Part shown: positions 58,410 to 64,000 of the stretch, piece after piece
Layout: every line of letters begins with the position of its first letter
How positions within the stretch are numbered: position 1 is the stretch's first letter
Assembly: GCA_963769935.1 (NCBI GenBank)
Contig: CAVYNY010000010.1
Span: 160,001-224,000, forward strand
DNA length: 64,000 nt
Direction of reading: 5' to 3'
Origin: an uncultured delta proteobacterium
Lineage (GTDB): Bacteria > Desulfobacterota > Desulfobacteria > Desulfobacterales > JAFDCJ01
Position numbers and translations under genes: made by a program
The notes under the pieces: model-generated
Told to the model about the DNA's origin: nothing
Databases searched by the model: none
The model's input: the letters and a program-made list of their open reading frames with translations, nothing else

Positions 58410-60053
58410 ATGAAAACCAGGGAACATATTAAATGCTTCTGTTCTTTCTGGAAGCCGACCGTGGCAAGACGCATCACGCTATATTTTCTGCTGTTTGGCG
58501 TGATTATCTTTTTTGTGACCTCCGTGCTCTTCACCATCGCCGGCAAAAAAGAATTCATGGAATCAGCCAGCAAGGTTATTCATCACCAGCTATCCCAACT
58601 GGAAAACAGCAATGAACCGGATTTTATCTGGCACAGCATTAGTCAATCAAAACCGGAATTGCACGGCCTGCTGGAGATTCTGGCCAGCCTGTCTTCAACC
58701 TTCTATACGGTTAAAGATATTTCCATTTACAGCAAAAAGGCGGACGGCGCATCCTGGTACCGCCTGTATTTCCCGGATGGCCCGACGCTGATGTCCGAAC
58801 CCATTGCCGAGGATGCTTACACCAAAACGCTGGACAGCTGGCTGGGGCATCGCTTCCGGCCGGCGAAGGTCAAGATCATGACCGCCGATGGTTCGCGTTC
58901 CATGTTCGTCAATATCACCGGCTCCCAAGACACGCATGACTATTTTTTGAAAATCGGCGTCGACAGCGAAGGCATGATCGGCTTCATGCACAAACAGGTT
59001 AAGCTATTGATTGTATTTTTCCTGATCGCTTTGTTCCTTCTGCGGTTTATAGGATACTTTTTTGCACGCAGGATTGCCGGCCCCATAGAAACCCTATCAG
59101 AGATTTCCTCCGATGTTGCCAGAGGGGACCTGTCAAAGCTGGCGCCGGTAAACACCCATGATGAAATCGGGGAATTGGCCAAAAACTTCAACCACATGAT
59201 CGAAGGCCTGCGGGAGTGGGAGCGAATTAAAATAATTGAGTTTGAAATGGAAAAGGGTCAAAAAATACAGCGCGATTTTTTGCCCAGTACCATCCCCCAC
59301 TTACCCGACTGGAACATCGCGACCTGCTTCTTTCCGGCCGGCAAAGTCTCGGGGGATTTTTACGATGTGTTCCAACTTTCCGACGGCAACATCGGTCTGG
59401 TTATCGCCGATGTCTGCGACAAAGGTGTCGGTTCCGCCCTTTATATGGCCTTGTTCCGCAGCCTGATCCGGGTATTTGCCGAACAGGCGGCTTACAGCGA
59501 CGCGTCGGCCATCACGCAACTCAACCAACCCCGGACGACCAATTCCCAGGCTCTAACCGCAGAAGACCGGCAAAAAATCCGATTGAGGGCTGTGCCATTT
59601 ACCAATAATTACATCGCTCAAACCCACGGCGAGGAGAGCATGTTTGCCACTTTGTTTTTCGGCGTGCTGAATCCTGAAACCGGAATACTGTATTATATTA
59701 ACGGCGGCCACGAGCCGCTGTACCTGGCGAACGCTCAAGGCGTAAAGCAGAAAATCGATCCCACCGGGCCGGCCGTGGGGCTTTGGCCTGATACCGCCTA
59801 TGACATGGGCCGCATCAGGATGGAGCCGGGGGACATGTTGCTCGGCTATACGGATGGCGTTACCGAAGCGCGTTCGCCTGCCGATGAGATATTTACCAGG
59901 AGCCGGTTGCGCTCACTCATTGAGCAGCCATTTTCCACCGCCGCAGAATTGCTGGAACGCATCAAAGCCAACCTGTTTACCTTCATCGATATTGCCCCCC
60001 GACATGATGATGTGACCATGCTGGCCGTTCAGCGGGTTGTTAATGCAGGATAG
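58410..60053 (+). CDS. Membrane sensor with HAMP and SpoIIE/RsbU-type PP2C phosphatase domains
   Basis: Two TMs, DEIGELAKNFNHM, SGDFYD, IADVCDKG, YTDGVTEA and DDVT. Confidence 0.92.
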   Translation: MKTREHIKCFCSFWKPTVARRITLYFLLFGVIIFFVTSVLFTIAGKKEFMESASKVIHHQLSQLENSNEPDFIWHSISQSKPELHGLLEILASLSSTFYTVKDISIYSKKADGASWYRLYFPDGPTLMSEPIAEDAYTKTLDSWLGHRFRPAKVKIMTADGSRSMFVNITGSQDTHDYFLKIGVDSEGMIGFMHKQVKLLIVFFLIALFLLRFIGYFFARRIAGPIETLSEISSDVARGDLSKLAPVNTHDEIGELAKNFNHMIEGLREWERIKIIEFEMEKGQKIQRDFLPSTIPHLPDWNIATCFFPAGKVSGDFYDVFQLSDGNIGLVIADVCDKGVGSALYMALFRSLIRVFAEQAAYSDASAITQLNQPRTTNSQALTAEDRQKIRLRAVPFTNNYIAQTHGEESMFATLFFGVLNPETGILYYINGGHEPLYLANAQGVKQKIDPTGPAVGLWPDTAYDMGRIRMEPGDMLLGYTDGVTEARSPADEIFTRSRLRSLIEQPFSTAAELLERIKANLFTFIDIAPRHDDVTMLAVQRVVNAG

Positions 60054-60237
60054 GGAAAAGAATCTACTGATTTATAACAAAATTATTTGTTCATCAAAGA
60101 TGGATCATAGTTGAACGACCAAAATAAACTTGATATATTTTTTGGGATTTTATTGGAAGCTCCTCGGAGAACCCCGTCAGAATTAAAATTGAATCAAAAC
60201 CGGATTGACTGATAACCCCAAAAAATAAGGAGTGAAG

Positions 60238-60699
60238 ATGGCTAAAAAAGACCAGTTTCTGACCACCGGAGAATTTGCATCACAGGCAGGGATACCGACT
60301 TCATCCGTTGCTAAATTGATCAAAGATGGCAAAATCAAGGCTGAAAAAAAATCCGGCAAATGGCTGATCGACCCCAGCCAGCTAAACACAGAGGCTGTTA
60401 AGGAGTTAAACAGAACCAACAAGCCGGCTGCCAGGAAAAAAACTGCCACGCCCAAAGAGAAAAAATCCGCCGGCCAAAAACCGTCTCCGCCCAAAGAGGA
60501 AAAACCTCTGAAGGCGGAGAAATCTGCCGGGAAGACCTATACCCTGGCTGAATTTGTCGCGATGACCTACTTGACCGAATTCGGCGTGCAGGAGTGGTTA
60601 AAACAGGGCCGTCTAACCGGTAAACAGGGTGCTGGTGGAGAGTGGCAGATCGATGCCGCCAACCTTGAGATAGCGGATGTAAGGCGTTTGCTCAGATAA
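60238..60699 (+). CDS. Protein with two MerR/Xis-like HTH domains and a Lys-rich linker
   Basis: LTTGEFA...LIKDGKIKAEK.SGKWLI and YTLAEF...WLKQGRLTG...WQI; AAGGAG RBS. Confidence 0.8.
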   Translation: MAKKDQFLTTGEFASQAGIPTSSVAKLIKDGKIKAEKKSGKWLIDPSQLNTEAVKELNRTNKPAARKKTATPKEKKSAGQKPSPPKEEKPLKAEKSAGKTYTLAEFVAMTYLTEFGVQEWLKQGRLTGKQGAGGEWQIDAANLEIADVRRLLR

Positions 60700-60825
60700 A
60701 TGCAGAACGCTAATTACTCCGCCTTAAAAAATATCATATTCAGGGTTGTGGACGAGTCTTTAAAATCGGACGAGGATGTTATATTCAAACCTGGTATCGT
60801 TATTTTAAGGGCTTTAAGTAATTAC

Positions 60826-60863
60826 GAAAAGAAAGGCAGAGTCGATAAGGACCCTGCCTTTCT
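60826..60863 (-). terminator. Intrinsic terminator with U-tract on the minus strand
   Basis: Minus strand AGAAAGGCAGGGTC-CTTATC-GACTCTGCCTTTCTTTT. Confidence 0.6.
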
Positions 60864-60871
60864 GATAGAAG

Positions 60872-60966
60872 GGCTTCCCAGAGTGCCGTTATTTTCACTT
60901 GGCCGGCTTCTCATTCTGGTAGAAACGGAAACCCACCGGAAAAGATGCACGCACACCAGGGAAGCC
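60872..60966 (-). ncRNA. Candidate structured small RNA with 6S-like closing stem
   Basis: Ends GGCTTCCC-TG-GTGTGCGT / ACGGCAC-TCT-GGGAAGCC, central A-rich bubble and apical stem, followed by a terminator. Confidence 0.4.
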
Positions 60967-61018
60967 AATAATTTTCTTGACCGATTGCAGACGCTTGTGT
61001 ATTGATTCCTGCTTATTT

Positions 61019-62257
61019 ATGTCTGCTTCAGCTCAAAAAAAACTGCGCGTCTGTATCCCTTTTGCGCTGGGTTATTTTGTTTCCTATCTCTTTAGGGTTG
61101 TCAATGCCGTGCTCGCGCCGGATCTGGCGTCAGCACTCGGAGTGGGTCCTTCCGATCTCGGGCTGCTGACGGCCGCCTACTTTATCACCTTTGCTGCCTT
61201 CCAGCTGCCCCTGGGCGTGCTGCTTGATCGATTCGGCCCGCGCAAGATTGAATCATTCCTCCTCATTTTTGCGGCTGCCGGGGCGTTGGTCTTCTCCCGC
61301 GCCCAAACCGTATCCGGCCTGGTGCTGGGCCGGGCGCTGATCGGTTTCGGAGTATCCGCGTGTCTGATGGCCGCTTTCAAAGCCTTTGTCATATGGTTTC
61401 AACGACAGCAATTGCCGCTGATTAACGGTATTCAAATGGCAGCCGGCGGCTTTGGCGCCCTTACCGCCACCGCACCCGTAGAGGCAGCGCTGGAGATCAC
61501 GGATTGGCGCGGTGTGTTTTTCATTTTATCGATCGTCACCCTGGCGATTGCTGCAGCCGTTTTCTTTGTTGTGCCGGAAAAAAAGGCTGAACAAACTAGT
61601 GGCGGCCTCGGAGTTCAGCTGCACGGAATCGCCAGCGTGTTTTCCAGCCTGACATTTTGGCGCATCGCCCCCTTGACAGTTATGTCGCAGGCGGCGTTTT
61701 TAGCGACTCAGGGCCTCTGGTCCGGCCCATGGCTGCGGGATGTGGCCGGCTTCGAACGCAACGGTGCGGCGCAGGTTCTGTTAATGATCGCAGCAGCCAT
61801 GGTGGCAGGATTTATTCTGATAGGGGCGGCAGCCGAACGCTTGAGCCGGCTGGGCATCAAACCGATTGCAGTGGCGATTGCCGGAATGATTGCCTTTATG
61901 TTCGTTCAGACCTTTCTGGTTTTAGAGGTGACGTCATGGGCCCGCACCTTGTGGGTCCTGTATGGAATTTTCGGTACAACCGGAATAGTTCCCTATGCGG
62001 TGTTGTCTCAAAGCTTTCCCCTGCACCTATCCGGCCGGGTGAATACGGCTCTGAACCTCCTTGTTTTTGTGGCGGCCTTTGCCGCCCAGTGGGGAATCGG
62101 CGCAATAATTAATCTGTGGCCGGTTGCGGCCGGCGGTCGTTATGCGCCGCCCGGTTATCAGGCGGCGTTTGCCATGATGCTGCTGCTGCAGCTGTTGTCA
62201 CTGCTGTGGTTCATCTTTGCCGGCCTGATGCACCATCGTCGTAATCGAATAGATTAA
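61019..62257 (+). CDS. MFS transporter
   Basis: Motif A GVLLDRFGPRK and about 12 hydrophobic segments. Confidence 0.92.
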   Translation: MSASAQKKLRVCIPFALGYFVSYLFRVVNAVLAPDLASALGVGPSDLGLLTAAYFITFAAFQLPLGVLLDRFGPRKIESFLLIFAAAGALVFSRAQTVSGLVLGRALIGFGVSACLMAAFKAFVIWFQRQQLPLINGIQMAAGGFGALTATAPVEAALEITDWRGVFFILSIVTLAIAAAVFFVVPEKKAEQTSGGLGVQLHGIASVFSSLTFWRIAPLTVMSQAAFLATQGLWSGPWLRDVAGFERNGAAQVLLMIAAAMVAGFILIGAAAERLSRLGIKPIAVAIAGMIAFMFVQTFLVLEVTSWARTLWVLYGIFGTTGIVPYAVLSQSFPLHLSGRVNTALNLLVFVAAFAAQWGIGAIINLWPVAAGGRYAPPGYQAAFAMMLLLQLLSLLWFIFAGLMHHRRNRID

Positions 62258-62276
62258 ATTAGTCAAGATGCAGATT

Positions 62277-62507
62277 TTATTCGACCTTGATTTTGGTCAT
62301 CTTTTGGCCGGCTTTTTTAGCGCCTTTTTTTTCATAGTAGTCGATGCGTTCATCCAGCAGGGACCGGATGCCCTTCAGAAATTCGATCCTGGAGCGGGTC
62401 ATGTGTTCAAAAAACTTTGATTTGGGGCCCATGACATGCTGCAGCTCCCTGAATAACTTGCCGGCCGAACATCCATTTGCTTGATCTTTATTCGTTTGGT
62501 TCCCCAT
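62277..62507 (-). CDS. Small basic hypothetical protein coupled to the ArsA-like gene
   Basis: AGGAGAGG RBS, overlap with the upstream stop, amphipathic helix SRIEFLKGIRSLLDERI. Confidence 0.7.
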   Translation of the reverse strand: MGNQTNKDQANGCSAGKLFRELQHVMGPKSKFFEHMTRSRIEFLKGIRSLLDERIDYYEKKGAKKAGQKMTKIKVE

Positions 62508-63693
62508 GATCCTCTCCTTTAAATAAGACTGTCAAATATTCCCCCTCCAATTTGGCCTTGACCGAATTAAGCGCGGCAACCTGCCTGGGAAGCATGATAT
62601 GGCGTTTAAAGCCCCCGATTCGAATGACCAATTCTTCATGCAGCTTGTTAAGCTCCAAATCCTTTTTCGATGCAAAAGGAAGCTTCAGTTTAAGGTTGTA
62701 GCTGCCGTTTTGCTTGAATAACCGATAAGGTTCCTCTTTAAATAGACGTTCCAACGGGTTGGTATCTTGGTAGATTTTATCAGCCAGCTTCTTTAAGTCA
62801 TTATAGCCGATGACTTCCCCGGGAAAAAGATCCACCGGGAAAATGGGCACCGGACTGAAAAAATCCTTCGCCTCGCCCAGATGATACTGTTGTCCCTTGA
62901 TCCAGTCCTTAAAATAGGCATCTTTTATTTTTTCAGGCAGCATGCGGTTCATGATAATCGCATCGATACTCATTTTGTAAAGACAAAAGTACATAAATGC
63001 GCGCTGGGTTTCTTTTAAAACGACTTTTTCAGGATTGGTCACCAGACGGACGGTGGTTATTTCAGGATCCACCAGGAGCTGGTCTACGCCTTTAAGTTTG
63101 GCAAAAAGATCCTCGATGGCTTGAAAATAGTCATCACCGGGCAGGGGAACGTCATAAATCCGTTTGGCTACCGGCCGCACATATTTGACGACGGTTCGCT
63201 CCAATTTAAACACCTTGTTCATGTACCACTCCAAGGTGGTGGGGATGGCGATGAATCGGAGCGATTCCCCGGTGGGCGCGCAATCGAGCAAGATGACGTC
63301 ATATTCCCTTTCGCGGGCGTATTTGTTGATGTAAAGCAGGAGACTGATTTCTTCCATTCCCGGCAATACGGCCAATTCTTCGGCCAGGACCTCATCCAAT
63401 CCGGTGGTGTGCAGTATGCTGGACAGGTATTTGTGAATATCTCCCCAGTAGCGTTGGATTTCTTCCTGGATATCCAATTCCTGGATGAATAATTTTTTAT
63501 TGATCGCGATCGGCTCACCTTTATTCTTGTCCAGCAGATCGCGGTCAAGATCGAAAATATCGGACAGGCTGTGCGCGACATCCAGCGACATGACCACCGT
63601 CTTGTAACCCATTTCCGCGGCCTTGATGCCGGTGGCCGCCGATACCGACGTTTTTCCGACGCCGCCCTTGCCGGCAAAGAATATGATTCGCAC
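62488..63693 (-). CDS. ArsA/Get3-family ATPase with C-terminal HSP20-like domain
   Basis: GTG at 63693 with GGAG RBS; GKGGVGKT, SLDVAHSL, LPGMEE, DCAPTG, and C-terminal ELVIRIGGFKRHIMLP. Confidence 0.9.
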   Translation of the reverse strand: MRIIFFAGKGGVGKTSVSAATGIKAAEMGYKTVVMSLDVAHSLSDIFDLDRDLLDKNKGEPIAINKKLFIQELDIQEEIQRYWGDIHKYLSSILHTTGLDEVLAEELAVLPGMEEISLLLYINKYAREREYDVILLDCAPTGESLRFIAIPTTLEWYMNKVFKLERTVVKYVRPVAKRIYDVPLPGDDYFQAIEDLFAKLKGVDQLLVDPEITTVRLVTNPEKVVLKETQRAFMYFCLYKMSIDAIIMNRMLPEKIKDAYFKDWIKGQQYHLGEAKDFFSPVPIFPVDLFPGEVIGYNDLKKLADKIYQDTNPLERLFKEEPYRLFKQNGSYNLKLKLPFASKKDLELNKLHEELVIRIGGFKRHIMLPRQVAALNSVKAKLEGEYLTVLFKGEDHGEPNE

Positions 63694-63906
63694 GATGGTG
63701 CTCCTATGAAAGCTTCTCTTCTTAAAATATCCCTTGAGCGTAGTTATAGAAATATGCACTCATTTAAAAATGCCTAAATTGCTCTAAGATGCCTAAATTG
63801 CCTAAAATTAAGGATGTTATTCGATTTTATTTAATCAGTAATAAAATGCCAAAGAAAAGCGACATCCATAAATATTCAATCTTCAATTTTCACTATTCAA
63901 TGCCGT

Positions 63907-63999
63907 TCAGGGTGCTCCCAAATAATACTCCATACGCTTGCGCCACAGCGCGTGGTCGATCACGCAGACATCGCCGTCATCATCGCGCGTGGCAATTAC
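63907..63999 (-). CDS. 3' end of a hypothetical CDS running off the window
   Basis: Open frame VIATRDDDGDVCVIDHALWRKRMEYYLGAP-stop. Confidence 0.5.
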   Translation of the reverse strand, partial: VIATRDDDGDVCVIDHALWRKRMEYYLGAP

Positions 64000-64000
64000 C

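Noticed and set aside
60700..61005. 101-aa plus-strand ORF
   Set aside because: No motif or RBS. It runs through a terminator hairpin, the candidate RNA and the likely MFS promoter (TTGACC-N17-TATTGA).
62488..63693. Arsenic resistance arsA
   Set aside because: Single ATPase domain with an HSP20-like tail and no arsB/acr3/arsD/arsR nearby.

Overview
Bacterial chromosomal window. Gene content and intergenic repeat style suggest a Desulfobacterales-like deltaproteobacterium, which is an inference. It has about 55 CDS, and I recognised no tRNA, rRNA, CRISPR array, integrase or transposase. Main blocks: (1) 2.6-6.4 kb, an ECF sigma factor with a membrane anti-sigma carrying a glycogen-binding (CBM48/AMPK-beta-like) domain, a CBM48-like lipoprotein, two Gly-rich exported proteins and a small Cys-rich protein. 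Three copies of a TGTAACC-N15-CGTT promoter motif here define a likely mini-regulon. (2) lutABC, a diguanylate cyclase, a response regulator, a Tyr phosphatase and lgt. (3) A probably sigma54-driven metal cluster (ZraP-like, SHOCT, multicopper oxidase, CDF, mntP). (4) An NMT1-type ABC transporter, nitroreductase/TetR, cupin-SDR-VOC-aminotransferase, hipBA with four operators, and ilvD. (5) A 36-50 kb accessory block coupling periplasmic beta-1,2-glucan synthesis (opgG, a small ORF, opgH) to a putative uptake/degradation set (GH144-like glucanase, sugar ABC, discoidin-domain glycosidase, GH1). It follows a truncated TAXI gene and lies between two copies of a 126-bp piece of the SNF2 helicase gene. 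(6) SNF2, DnaJ-domain, OmpA, amidohydrolase, PP2C, double-HTH, MFS and Get3/ArsA-like genes, plus a candidate short 6S-like RNA. Three genes carry +1 homopolymer frameshifts that are probably sequencing errors.
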